Assembly (NCBI GenBank): GCA_032718475.1
Contig: JAUCBJ010002409.1
Location: 15,613 to 79,612, forward strand
Direction of reading: 5' to 3'
Source of the DNA: Nemertoderma westbladi
Taxonomy: Eukaryota; Animalia; Xenacoelomorpha
DNA: 64,000 bases
Below are positions 39,252-52,329 of the stretch, piece by piece. The first letter of the stretch is position 1; each line of letters opens with the position of its first letter. The position numbers and the translations under genes are program-made. The notes under the pieces were generated by a model that saw nothing but the letters and a program-made list of their open reading frames with translations, made no database searches and was not told the DNA's origin.

Positions 39252-40645
39252 CTGTTTGAATTGTCTGGAGGCGAGTTGTAGGGATCCTGTTTGGTGCGGT
39301 TGAGGTCACTGACCCGGACCCATGGTTCGTTACTGGGACACAATTCGGTGGAGTCGGAATGAACGAGACCCGGTTGGGTCTTGGTGAGAGTGGACGAGTC
39401 GTTGCTAGACAACCCCCGCCCGTTGCCGGGGGGACCCCCGCGATGGATGCGCTCGTCTCGCGGGGCGGGTTGGTCGATGCGAGCGCTGATAGCGTGGGGA
39501 TCGATTAGCGACACGGGTCTCGCGGAACCCGGGAGCGCGTTGCTAGCGTGGGGATCCACCAAGGATACCGGTCTACCGGAAACCGGGGAAACCAGCTGGC
39601 CCGAAGTGAATCCGATGGGGGGCGACTCTCTGGTGGGCGTGATGACGTCATCAGCTGTGTACCGACGCTCGGGTATCGGCGGGCCGGTAGGAGACACGTC
39701 AACCTGCGACGGCTGGGGCTGGCGAGCAGTGATGTCAGCCCGAGGGGCGGCATGGGGTTCCTGGAGTTGTTTGGGAGCCCCTCTGGGGTGATCGGCAACA
39801 CCTCTCGATGACTCACCAATCCCTCTTTGTGGCGCACCCATCCCCCTTGGTGACTCACCCACCCCCCTTGGTGACTCACCCATCCTTCTTTGAAACTCTG
39901 GAATCCCTCTCGGTGACTCACCAATCCCTCTCTGTGACTCACCAATCCCTCTATGTGACTCACCAATCCCTCTCTGTGACTCACCAATCCCTCTCTGTGA
40001 CTCACCAATCCCTCTATGTGACTCACCAATCCCTCTCTGTGACTCACCAACCCCTCTATGTTGCTCAGCAACCCCTCTATGTGACTCACCCATCCCCCTT
40101 TTCGGTTCTTGTACGACCTTATTCTCATTAAACCGCCTATGTTGCTCTGCGGCGCGCGCTATTGGGCCACCACCATCGCTGCGCTGGCTGAGCGCAGCCC
40201 CACCACTGTGTCTCCTATTAGCCGGTACCGCATGCCCCCCACCATGCCCCCCACCGCCACCAGCCCCACCTACACTCGCGCGATGACCTACAGGTATCTG
40301 ACTCCGGGGTATACCCGCTTGGAACCGCGACAAACCGGCCTGCGGCATGGCTGGCTTCACTATGGGAGGCTGACTCTGATTGTGCTGACTCTGTCTGCCC
40401 TGGCGCCCCAACTGCCGGCCTTGCTGCGGCTGCTGTGGCGCCGCTTTGGGCTCCATTATATCCGCGAACCGCTGCCGTATCTCTCTCTCCTTTGGGGCCT
40501 GCAGCACCGACGGCAGTTCGTTCCCTACATCCTCTTCACTGTCACTTCCGTTCCGCCCTTCTCCCTCTCGAGCTGCCAGCTCCTCTCGATCCTGGCGTCT
40601 CCGCGTTTTATGACGATCTATGTGCTCCTTCAGTTGGAGTTTTAC
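39252..40645 (-). CDS. MAP4K4: MAP4K4/msn-family kinase, middle exon (post-kinase helix plus disordered linker)
   Basis: tttag|VKLQLKEHIDR continues the kinase exon end QPKERE (compare family QPNERQVRIQLKDHIDR); open for 1394 nt to AG|gtaac; phases fit. Confidence 0.9.
39800..40097 (-). repeat. Coding tandem repeat of 21-bp units (G[IVM]GES[QHP]R)
   Basis: About 14 in-frame heptapeptide units. Confidence 0.9.
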
Positions 40646-42704
40646 CTAAAAATTAATTGAGTAATATAATAATTTAACACCGAACGTTCAGATATTAAAC
40701 AGTTGTAGAGTACCGTAATTATTTATCGGGATATTTCACGTGCCAATATTACTGGCACTTTTCATATGCTAATAATATGATACCAACACTCACCACTTAC
40801 AGCATCGTATAAAAAATTGGTTTATTCCAACCTCAATGTCCGATTTAATTGGGTTGACAGATCAGTATAGAGTGATTAGATATTGAGATAGTTAACATTC
40901 CGGCTTCAATTATTAATAATTAATTTATTAATTGTGGCGTTCAATACATTTTGTGGCATATCTCGATAACTAATCACTATCTACACCTATTATGAAGGTT
41001 TCGAGGTCGACTCCCACTAAATGAAGACAAACAGTTGCTTGTCATCGAATCTAGTTGATCGAGTTACAAAATCTCAAAATGTTGTACATAAAAATCAATA
41101 TATAAAAATCGCTACAAATGTGAAAATAAGGCCTAGGAGTGAAAATAAGTCAATTTTAATAACCGTTTTACGCAGATGAAGATATATTATAGCGATTTTT
41201 TTCTCATTAGGCCTAATAAAAACCCAAGTACTGCGAACAATGTACAACAACAAATACCCAAGTAGGGCCTATATTGTGTTCGTGTGAAGTTCAGTGGCTA
41301 AACATATTCTCTCAAACTCAAAGTTAATTATTTCAAAAATAGTGAGAAAAATTTGTGTAGTTTTTGGCTGATTTTGGGTAAAAAAATCACAACTGATATT
41401 TGTCACATGGCGAAAATCAACCAAGTGTAAGCAGAATAATGTACAATACGGGTTTGCTCTGAATAAGCAAACCCTTTTTATGAACATCGCTAGTTTGGCA
41501 ATTCATTAAGTAATTGTTGGTACAGTTTGAATTGGTTTGCGTTATTTTACATTTTTACTATAAAACACTATAGGCCTATATAATACGTGACATGTGCTGC
41601 ACCCAGGGTTGTTTCTGGCATTATCAATGGAAAATGGGGTATAGTTTTTTGTATTTTCCATTATTTTTTGGCCCAATGAAAATGGACTGTATGCTAAATC
41701 ACTTGGTACTTGGAATCAGTTTAAATTAATATATAAGATAATAATAATATATTTTAACTAATGATATTATTATTAAGACTACTACTAATAATAATATAGA
41801 TTCCAAAATAAACCATGAAATTTATACAACAAACATCTAATCTAATCTGGAATCTACAACATGCTACAGCAGAACAGCCTGCTACGGCCGTTCGATTAAA
41901 GGCCCCTCCTATTTTGTTTCACCACCAAACTTAAGATTGCGAACAGTTCATGTTAGTTATTGCGCGGAGCACTGCTAGTGGGGTCGCTTAAGGTGAAAAT
42001 CGTTAATTGCCGGACAAAAGCATGAAAATATGACTATATATGTAAAAAAATGTGTAGATTAATCTGAGCCTGTGTACCAAAAAAATTGACTACTTCCCTA
42101 GCAACAGGGTGACTTTTACATAGCAACCGGGTAAAATTGGTCATTTCTGTTATTGAAACTCACCATATACAAAAATTACGATTATATAACTGGTTTAGTT
42201 TATAATATAAGTCTGTAGACGTTTCCATAGCAACAAGGAGACCTTTACCTAGCAACCTATCTATATTTAATGGAATTATGATTGAAACTTGGGATAATCA
42301 ACCTGACTAGCAATAGAAGATGGTTAGTGATGACATAGGCGCTGATACACGTTTCCTTAGTAACCGGGGACCTTTCCCTAGCAACCGTTGTATATTTAAT
42401 GAAATTATGATTGAAACTTGGGATAATCAACCTGTCTAGCAATATAAGATTGTTAGTAATAACATTGGCGCTGATACACGTGTCCATAGCAACAAGGTGA
42501 CCTTTCCCTAGGAACTGCCTGAAATTTAGTGTAATTAATATTGGAACTGGAGATAAACAGATAAAGATTTGATCTGGAGATAAAGATTTTGGCTTTATGA
42601 GGATAATGTGTTTATACATCAAATACACAGCCACAAAACTGTAAATTAAAATTATTTAGTATTATAGTTATACCAATTCTTTTAATTATACGAATCATAT
42701 GTAA

Positions 42705-45700
42705 TCAATAACAAGAGCAAGTGCATGTGCATAATTCTGTGCATTTAAACCCAGCCTTCCCACACTTGCAGTTTGTGCAATTGCGCTTTTTGCATGCACA
42801 TTTAATGAGTTCGTGGCACATCGTTGCAGCGTCTGGCAGTGAGCTCCAGACGGGATTCCATTGAGTAGTAAATACCCAACCGAAATCTGCTGGTGAAGGA
42901 AGTATCGGTTTGTCCTGTGTGCAGACTGCCCAAACGCTGGCTTGATATGTAGCCCGCATCACATGTTGGTAAAGGGCGTGTTGAGTTGGTGGCAAGCGAT
43001 CAATCACGCAGTTGCGTTTGGTGAATAGATCCCGTCTTGTATTATTTATACTCGTTCTGTTTGATTTTTTGTCATACATACGTATAACAAATTTTTCCAA
43101 CGCTTTGAATTCTACACTTTCGATTCCATTTGGGAAGGGATTAAATGGCTGATCGTATACTGCCTTGAAAGTTGATGTGATTTCTGGCATGGCCAACCAA
43201 GTTTCCAAGCAGTTATTTTGCCAATATTTCTGAAGTGGGACACGGTGTCACAGCCACTAAGGGCATGGAACATCAATAAACCCTTTGATTTGTCCTCACC
43301 TAACTTTTGGGATATATTATTCACATTAAAATATTTAAAATGTTTTCCAGAACCGAATGCTAACCATATGTTCAGACTGGGATGATTGGATATTAAATAG
43401 AAGTGAACTCCGATCAGTATTACTAAAACGTCTGTATCACCTGTGCGCACAATGATATTTGTAGCCCCCATTGACAATGCATGCTGTATGTGTACTATAA
43501 TGCGGGTGTCAGCTTCTTCGTGTGAGCAATTTCCCATAATGGTGCCTCGACTATCCTGACAGAGCACATCTTCTTCCAATGTTGAGTAAATATATTTCCC
43601 TTCTGGGTATTTTTCTAGAATAATTGATTTGGATAAGTAGTTGAACAACTCGTTTTTATTATTAGAGTTCCTTAAGAAATCCATCCAATTTGCTGGAATT
43701 TTGGTTTTATCCTTAATGTTAATTTGGTTTCCACTACCACGTAAGTTTCTGATACCCATTTTCAAGCTTTCATGGCAGTATCTGTCAAAAACAAAGTCAA
43801 CCCTGTCAGAATTGTTCAATTCGTGCTTTATATGAGGTATTATTTTATTAGTTAAATAGTCTTGTATGGTGGAACATCCTATAGGTCGAAGGCAATGAAC
43901 TATGAAAGGTGCATCAAAGACTTTAGCATGAAAATACTCAGGGACATCAACACTATATGTTGTATCAAAAACCTTTAATATGTCAGATTTAGTCCCATAA
44001 TTGATGTCACCATACTGTGAAAGTGAAGGTGGATAAGGGTGATTCTCATGAGCAAAGAAGACAGACGGATCTCCTTTTCGGGTTTGATTCGCAATAAAGA
44101 GTTTTCCAAACAATGATGCGTCGGATCGAACCTCAGACATGCGTTTGTTCTTTACATTAGAGAGTCTAGGCGATTTAAAAGTTGGAAACGAGTTGGATTT
44201 AATGACATCTTTGAACGGCCTTACATTATTAACTAAAACATCAGTTACAAAATTAGTATATTGTATCTTGCCACATTCTTCAATTTTACTTATGGTATTA
44301 ACTACAGAGTCAGGAGCATATGCTTGACTTGGTATCAATATGAGTTTGTCAGATTTTGAAATAAATGGGTTACCGTGTTCCTTAATGGTAATTACCAGAT
44401 TATTGACATCATTTTGAAATGACTTTTGGAAAGCTATTGTTTCTTCATGGTGTTTTTTATCTGTGAGTGACAGATTTGTTCTTGAGTCTATTGTTGTCTC
44501 GAATTTGCCAATCAATCTAGCAAGTTCCGGTCCGGCTAAGAGCCACCTTCGAAATCCTGCTTCATTCTCAGTAAGACCAATCACACCACCACTACCTTTA
44601 ACTTTTTCATTTTCCTGTTCATGAGCTTGGTCGAGAGGTATAGCTGAGAAACGTCGACTTGACTTCGATGCAACCCAATTTCCTTTATTAAACACTTCGA
44701 ATATGGTTTGTGGGAGAGACTTCATATCTAACAGAAATACACTTACCCATCGACTGTAGTGGTAATGGTCTAAACTAAAAAAGTAAACAACTAGAGTCTC
44801 TAAACAACTTATGAATAGTTGGAAATTTTTCTCTCTGTGAGCTCGAATAAATACTAGAATTAGCCTCTGAATTCTCAAAATGAAGTCGTAGAACTGAAAG
44901 GTTGGATGCTCTGTTGCCATTAAGTCTCTCCAGTCTGAAAATGAATAACTATCAATGTGATTTGTATTCTCGAATTCTGAAAAGGCTTCAATCTGCATAT
45001 GCTTGACTTGGTATCAATATGAGTTTGTCAGATTTTGAAATAAATGGGTTACCGTGTTCCTTAATGGTAATTACCAGATTATTGACATCATTTTGAAATG
45101 ACTTTTGGAAAGCTATTGTTTCTTCATGGTGTTTTTTATCTGTGAGTGACAGATTTGTTCTTGAGTCTATTGTTGTCTCGAATTTGCCAATCAATCTAGC
45201 AAGTTCCGGTCCGGCTAAGAGCCACCTTCGAAATCCTGCTTCATTCTCAGTAAGACCAATCACACCACCACTACCTTTAACTTTTTCATTTTCCTGTTCA
45301 TGAGCTTGGTCGAGAGGTATAGCTGAGAAACGTCGACTTGACTTCGATGCAACCCAATTTCCTTTATTAAACACTTCGAATATGGTTTGTGGGAGAGACT
45401 TCATATCTAACAGAAATACACTTACCCATCGACTGTAGTGGTAATGGTCTAAACTAAAAAAGTAAACAACTAGAGTCTCTAAACAACTTATGAATAGTTG
45501 GAAATTTTTCTCTCTGTGAGCTCGAATAAATACTAGAATTAGCCTCTGAATTCTCAAAATGAAGTCGTAGAACTGAAAGGTTGGATGCTCTGTTGCCATT
45601 AAGTCTCTCCAGTCTGAAAATGAATAACTATCAATGTGATTTGTATTCTCGAATTCTGAAAAGGCTTCAATCTGCAATAATGTCAATGCAGCACATGTAG

Positions 45701-47897
45701 TTTGATGAGCTTTTCGTGTCCTTGTAATATGTGCTACTTTAAGGAAAGAATCAGCCACACCATGAGTAGCAATATTTGCTTCTGTAAGCAACTCAACCCA
45801 TCCAGAGCAATCCAAAATATCCCCAAGACACCCCCACAAAGCCTTCTCAATATGTAAGCCTCCAAGCATACATACTAGCTTACTTTCTCCAAATTCGTCA
45901 GGGAAGTTCCATTGTATATACTTCGATATTGCATATAATGGCTGGTCACATGTTATGACAGGTACTTGACCCGGATTCAAGTACCCCGTAATTTTCTGAA
46001 TAATCCTTATAGAATGCATTACCATAGCTGGGTTGTCCGACTTCTCGGGAAACATTGGAAGCATGGATACTATTGCGGGATTGGAAACATGGCCCCTGTT
46101 CATGGATGCATGATGTGCAGCCCATGAAACTGCTTGCTCTTTTGAGGTAATTTCACTTTCTAGAAGATTCTTAACCTCATGTATCCAAGTTTCTTCGTCT
46201 TCTATTGCATTTGTTAACAGATCGGGTGGAAAAATATGATTTGTTAGCATGTTTCTACATCTATTTACAGAAGTATTCAAATTCAATGCAGGGACAACTG
46301 TAAATGAAGTGGGAAGTTCTGGTTTTGTGCTTCTAGTTATACGTACTTCATCAACATGACGTGCCGCTCCTGCATTATTTTCATTTGGAAATTGAGTGAT
46401 GGAGAGGCCAGTTCCATGAAATGATGACTTTGCTGTGGTTGATGATAGATTCACATCAATATTGTCAAATGCTCCAGTTGTAAATAATCCATTACGTAAA
46501 TTGATAGGGCAAACAATATCATCAATTTGTGCTCGTTCAGCAACAGTACATGCAACAGAGTTTTCTATTTGCAATATCCGATCATATGATGAACATATCC
46601 CAAGTGAATGCATTTGGTCTATCAATACTTTGCTCCAGGTGGTGCTATGAATTTTTAATCCAATATATTGGGGTAATGCTGGTTCCCTCTTTGTACAATG
46701 CCGAACATGGAGACCTCCAACTGACTGTGTCCTAGATTGTTTATAATTATAAGTGATTAACTGAGAAATTGTGAGTCCTTCCTGTGAAATCTCAGCGTCA
46801 GTGTTAATACCAGAACCATACAAGAGCATTGATATTAGAAGTTGGAGATAATGAGGAGATCCATCTATTTGGCATGAATCGGAAAAGGTGCCAGAAAATG
46901 ATGGAACTTCATGTTGCAATAAATGATATCGACATAGATTTGCAGCTTTTGACAATATGGATAGATCAGCATCAACATCACGTACTGAAAATGCCGCCAT
47001 GGTCATTTCTTTCATCGATTCTGGAAACACCAAAATTACATTTTTCCCATCAGAAACAACCTGAACATTATATTGTTTGAAATGTTGAATAATGTCATCC
47101 TTTAGGTGAGTTTTATTCACTGAGACATAGTATCCCAGTTCTTCTAATCGATCTGACAATATTTTATGTAGCTCTGCTAGCTTAAACACACTTGTTCCAC
47201 TCCCCACTGACTCTTCAATATGATTAACAAGATCATTGAATGCTCTAGATCGTGCTATTATTGATTCCTCAACAATTATTGATTTGCCATTGTTTGTCCT
47301 GTCGCGAAGAAATGATCTATGCGTATTTCTGTATTTTGTAAGGCATTCTATATGATATTTTGCACCACTCGCTACAAAGTCGCCACCACCCTTACGTAAC
47401 ATTTGAAAATCATTCATATCATTTGCCATGTTTGTCAAATTTTGCTGTGCATTTAGCGTGGAATAGTCATGTAAGTCGCCAGAGTCACCTTCACAAAAGA
47501 TACAAGCTTTATTATTATGTAACTGGGTTCTTTTCTGCCGCTTAACATCATCATATATATTATTATCGTTTGAACTCGCTATACTTCGTGAAGGAGGCTG
47601 CAAGGACAGCTTTCGTTTGTTTAATTTACGTTCCAGTTTGTTATTGCAAAAAACCAACCGACAAGAATGGTGCCACTTGGCAACATTTCTCAGCAGATAA
47701 AATGCCTTGGTTTCTGCACTGAAACTTAATTCGATTGGTAACATTCCAATGTCTCTAAATTGATTAACATTGTCAAGAAAACGCTCATATATTCCGATGA
47801 TTTCTTCAGAAGCTGGTGTATTGCACGGGTTATTAAGTTTTTCCGCGGAAGTTTTCTGACATATAATACATTTACTAAAGTCTAGATGGGTCTCCAT
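42705..47897 (-). pseudogene. Academ transposase/XPG-like nuclease/Cys8 polyprotein (about 1500 aa reconstructed), broken into three ORFs
   Basis: Motifs DNID...FHGTG, DQPLY...LGGLHIE, HEEADTR/DTDV/GCDT (XPG-like), LPPT...HVMRATYQA and a terminal CxCKK...CxC Cys cluster; disrupted by a 679-bp duplication and a 1-bp deletion near 43203. Confidence 0.85.
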
Positions 47898-48423
47898 TGA
47901 TTTACAAACTCGAGGTTTTAGGTTCAACTACTAGTAAACTATTCTCACCAAATTTATAGTATCATGTTTGTAGGTAAATGGTAATGAATGTTAAGACATC
48001 ACATTGGTAGTAGTGTAGCTCGTTTCAATATTATTCTGCTATTTTTAAAAGCTGTTTTAAAGCTAATACCTTTTGGAGGTATTACATGGCCTTTTTTGAA
48101 ATTATAAAAAATTTTATTTTGTTTTATAGATTATTATAATAATAGGCTATATAACAATAATTTTATAGCTATAATGAAAAACAGACTAGCGACAATCGAA
48201 AACATTAGCTACCACAAAAATTAAACGTGTAATGAGTTCACACTATGTTCCAGAACATAAATCAATTAGCAAAAACAGCTATTGAAAAACATAACCCATA
48301 ATGGTGACACGGGCTACACCAGTACCTACCTGAATAATAGTCAACTACAGATGAAAAATAAAAGTCAAATGTGTGAATAAATTTTGTACAGGTTAATTAA
48401 CTCCCATTAATAAATTGGAACTA

Positions 48424-49012
48424 CATACTTCGCCCTCTCGACACCCCCTGCCATTTTTTCACCAGTCCTTTTTAGAGGTTTTTAATGCTTTTTTGGTATT
48501 GGTGAAAAAAGAATTTCTAGAACATTTAGTAGATATAAATATTCATGATATTATAACAGTTTATAGTGTATATTAAACATCATTTGAGATTATTTGAACA
48601 TCGTGTGGCGGTACAATTTTCTGAGTCTAAATTCAGCAAAGTGTCGCTGGAAAGAATAATAAAATAAAACCCATAAAAAATATAGGCTTGTTTACCAACC
48701 AACCACACCTATAAATAGCGTAACATTAAAAAAATCCGTTTGAAAGATTTTAAATACTTACTATTACCAGCTACTGTAGTAAAAAACCCACTAACTTCAT
48801 AAAAACGCAAGCTAATTAATAATGTTAACAACAATTTTTTTTTATTTTCAAAAAATGCTAGCTAGTAAAAAAAACGCTAGCTGCTATTAAAAAAAATATC
48901 TACTTAAGGTTCTAGAACATTCACACCATTACCAAAAAAAAAAAACATTGAAAAACACAAAAAAATTAATGGTTAAAAAATTGACAGAGACTGTCGACAG
49001 GGCGAAGTAGTG
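48424..49012. mobile_element. MITE-like inverted repeat nested in the Academ 5' region
   Basis: TACTTCGCCCTCTCGACA (48427) pairs with TGTCGACAGGGCGAAGTAGTG (ending 49012); imperfect arms of about 100 bp; no clear TSD. Confidence 0.5.
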
Positions 49013-51107
49013 CCAATAAATAATAAACCAAAACAAAAGTTACATAATGTGAATTTCGAGGGAATAAGCAATAACCAGCTCACTAGTACCATGATGTACT
49101 ATTCTGTATCATAATTATAATTCTAGAATCGCAAAACGACTGTGACTATTATATTACACTCTGATTATTGACCATTTTCCTACACGAATAAAATATAACA
49201 GCAGCTACCGGTAGTATTGGTATTATATTTATCTGTGTTTGTTTTCATTATATGCGAAACATTCTAGAACGATTTAAGTTATTGCCAAGGATATCTTGTT
49301 CCTCTGGCCTCCTTTCAGTGCATGACGATGTTCTAAAACCGTATTACATCTGGGCCTGGCAAGTGAAATAGTAAAAAAATTGTTGAAGTTGGAAGTACAG
49401 TAGTTCTTACAGATTTTTTAGAGAAATATATCCATATTGTATTATTATATTATTATTATTATTATGGGGTCAGCTCCGCGCGTGGCTATATTTTTGGATT
49501 TTTAACTGTACCTTTACACTGTAGTTTTATAAACACACATTATTCCCATAAAGTTAAATATTTTTATGGAAACGTGTATCAATCAGCTCTAATATAACTA
49601 GAAATAATCTTATATTCGCCCATGCCGCACGTGAAGAATACCAGGATTTCACTTTTCGGTCGACTTTTTATTGGAATTTTATATATGACTATTTTTTATT
49701 TTTTTAAATTTATCTTTTTTAAGTGTTTTATAGCGCTTATTTCTGTCTTATAACCTGTACATATACTAATTCGTTTATTGTTTTGGTTTGATTCAGCCCT
49801 TCTGTAACCTGTGGTTTTGGTGAAAACCTGGTATACTTCACAAGGGAGTAACTGCAAAGTGAAATATAACAGCAGAAAGTATTGCTATATATTATATATA
49901 TGCTATATATATGCATATATTGCTATACAGGTTGGTTATCCCAACATGATCCCAAGATTCAATCAGAATTGCAGGCAGTTGCTAGGGAAAGGTCACCTTG
50001 TTGCTAAGGAAACGTGTATCAGCGCAAATGTCACTATTAACCATCTTCTATTGCTAGACATGTTGTTTATCCCAAGTTTCAATCAAAATTTCAATAAATA
50101 TACAGCGGTTGCTAGGGAAAGGTCACCCTGTTGCCAAGGAAAAGTGTATCAGCGCAAATGTCACTATTAACCATATTCTATTGCTAGACAGGTTGTTTAT
50201 CCCAAGTTTCAATCATAATTACATTAAATATACAACGGTTGCTATGAAAAAGTCACCCTGTTGCTAGGGAAGTAGTCAATTTTTTTGGTACACAGGCTCA
50301 GATTAATCTACACATTTTTTTACATATATAGTCACATTTTCATGCTTTTGTCCGGCAATTAACGATTTTGCTATATTTCAGCCTTAAGCGACCCCACTAT
50401 GCCTGGGCCTGCTCACATCACATCACTTCACATGTTTCTTGTTTGTGCCACTCTGGCAGACTGGTTTATCAACCCGGCATGTTAAATAAATATTAAATAT
50501 ATGTTCTGGAATGAATACGATATGCACTTCCTCTCATTGACTACCATTACGGACCCAAGTCCGGTTCTCAAGTGATATTAAGGCGCTGTATATTGTACAA
50601 TATTTTATAGGAGGGAGGGGGCGGGGGGGGGCTGCCTGTGGATATTCTATTGGATTTCTCAGTTTGAATTTCCCTTAATTTATTCTCTTTCGAAACAAAA
50701 TTAATAATGGCCGGATTTATAATTAATTTTTTTAAAACTTCCATTGCCATTGGTATGGGTATGCCAGTACATCAGTAGGCCAATACGAAGGCGAAATTAA
50801 TAAAATCATATAAACATATTGGAAAAGTGGCATCTGGCATCTATTTTTGAGGCCGAAAGATGAACTAGTATATACACAACACACCCGGCACCATGGTGTC
50901 AACCAAGAATTACAGATCGTCCGACATGAATTAAGTTATACGTAAAACAACACAGGTTTGTTGTAAAACGTAAGGTTTTCTGGAAAATGCAAGGTTTCCC
51001 AGTGAATTTGAAAATTTTCCATTATTTTTCGGGCCAATGGAAAACATTTTGCATGCGGAAATTTTAAAAAATACCCTGATAGCTGATCCTGATACAATGC
51101 ATTGAAA

Positions 51108-51245
51108 GCTGATACCATACCGGTAGCTCAATTGATGTCTGATACCATACCGGTAGCTCAATTGATGTCTGATACCATACCGGTAGCTCAATTGACTGAT
51201 GATTGTTAAACCAAAGTTTACAAGTTCGATCCCACTCGCCGCATA
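51108..51245 (+). repeat. 30-bp tandem repeat (about 3 copies) leading into a tRNA-like (SINE head) remnant
   Basis: CTGATACCATACCGGTAGCTCAATTGATGT about 3 times, then A-box-like GGTAGCTCAATTG and B-box-like AAGTTCGATCCC. Confidence 0.5.
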
Positions 51246-52329
51246 AAATAATTGAAAAAACAAACCAAAAAAATTACAATTTTAACAGTAAATTTTGTAT
51301 AACACAAATAAATTATACTCATAATATCCAATTAGTTCGGTATAGAGCACTTCCATAGGATCACTGTTGTGTGTTTTAAGCTTTGTCTTCCAAAATCCAC
51401 TCCAATCCAATCCAGTCTATATAATACATTTTGTAAATATGGCACGTAACAAAATAAAAAAGTGGTCAAAACATACAGTTTTCCAAAGCATGACATATTA
51501 TACATACATATTTCGAAAGCTCAGAATTTTCTCTTATTTTAGTGTTATTCAGAGATAAAGCTTATTAAAGAAAGGAGAAATTAAAAAATAAAATGCGGTA
51601 AAATTTTACAAATCAGTCTCCCAGACTACAAATCGCAGACAAGTCTACGCTTGACAAGACTACATTTTGTAGTTTTGTACAACTTCCAAGACTACATTGT
51701 AACCTTGGAAACTTGCTTATTAGTACAGAGTATTTCATCTTTAAGCCTATTACACTATTATTGATTAGCCTAAATCAATCAATTACCGCTAACGGAACAA
51801 ACTCTACATAAATTATACGACATTATCCAATTTGCCTTCAGTATAGAATCTTTCAATATCCAAACATTCTAAATATATACATTACAGAATTTCGTTTACA
51901 CTTATATAAAATTGATTTACAATCAAACTGAATTACATAATTTCGATTAGGCCGTCAACCGCAGGACAATTAATAGTGCAAACAGGCACTTGCTAACCTC
52001 CCTAGCTAACCTCTAGAACGAGAATGCACTGTGATATCCGTACTCCACGGTCACAAAGTATGTAAATCATGCCCATACATTATACAACCATGTAATTAAT
52101 ATTAATTATCGGTGGACAAGGCTTCCTACGGGACTATTCATAAGCGTATGGGAACCATTTCCACTGGGAAGCGGCGGGTGGGGGCAAAATTTAAATTTTT
52201 TAAACATTGTGGGATTTTACACATTTAAATGAAACTTTTTAAACAATGTAATACTTTGATAAAACTACCCTCGCTTCCCGCCGCGTTGTGGTTCTTGTTA
52301 CCTTTAACCGCGGAGGTAATCACGGGCTG

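Larger units (their letters stand above)
41976..50399 (-). mobile_element. Academ-superfamily DNA transposon, full length (8424 bp), inside MAP4K intron 1
   Basis: Termini TAGTGGGGTCGCTTAAGG / CCTTAAGCGACCCCACTA; 3-bp TSD TGC (41973-75, 50400-02); long imperfect TIRs with ~130-bp subterminal repeats; coding layout of transposase plus XPG-like plus Cys8. Confidence 0.88.

Noticed and set aside
36112-40660. Many overlapping + strand and alternate-frame ORFs
   Set aside because: These are shadows of GC-rich and repetitive MAP4K exons, with no independent motifs
42257-42634. ORFs in the Academ TIRs (also 49811-50170)
   Set aside because: Chance translations of the ~130-bp subterminal repeats
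42705-47927. Three separate transposon genes or programmed frameshifting
   Set aside because: The breaks are fully explained by a 679-bp duplication and a 1-bp deletion
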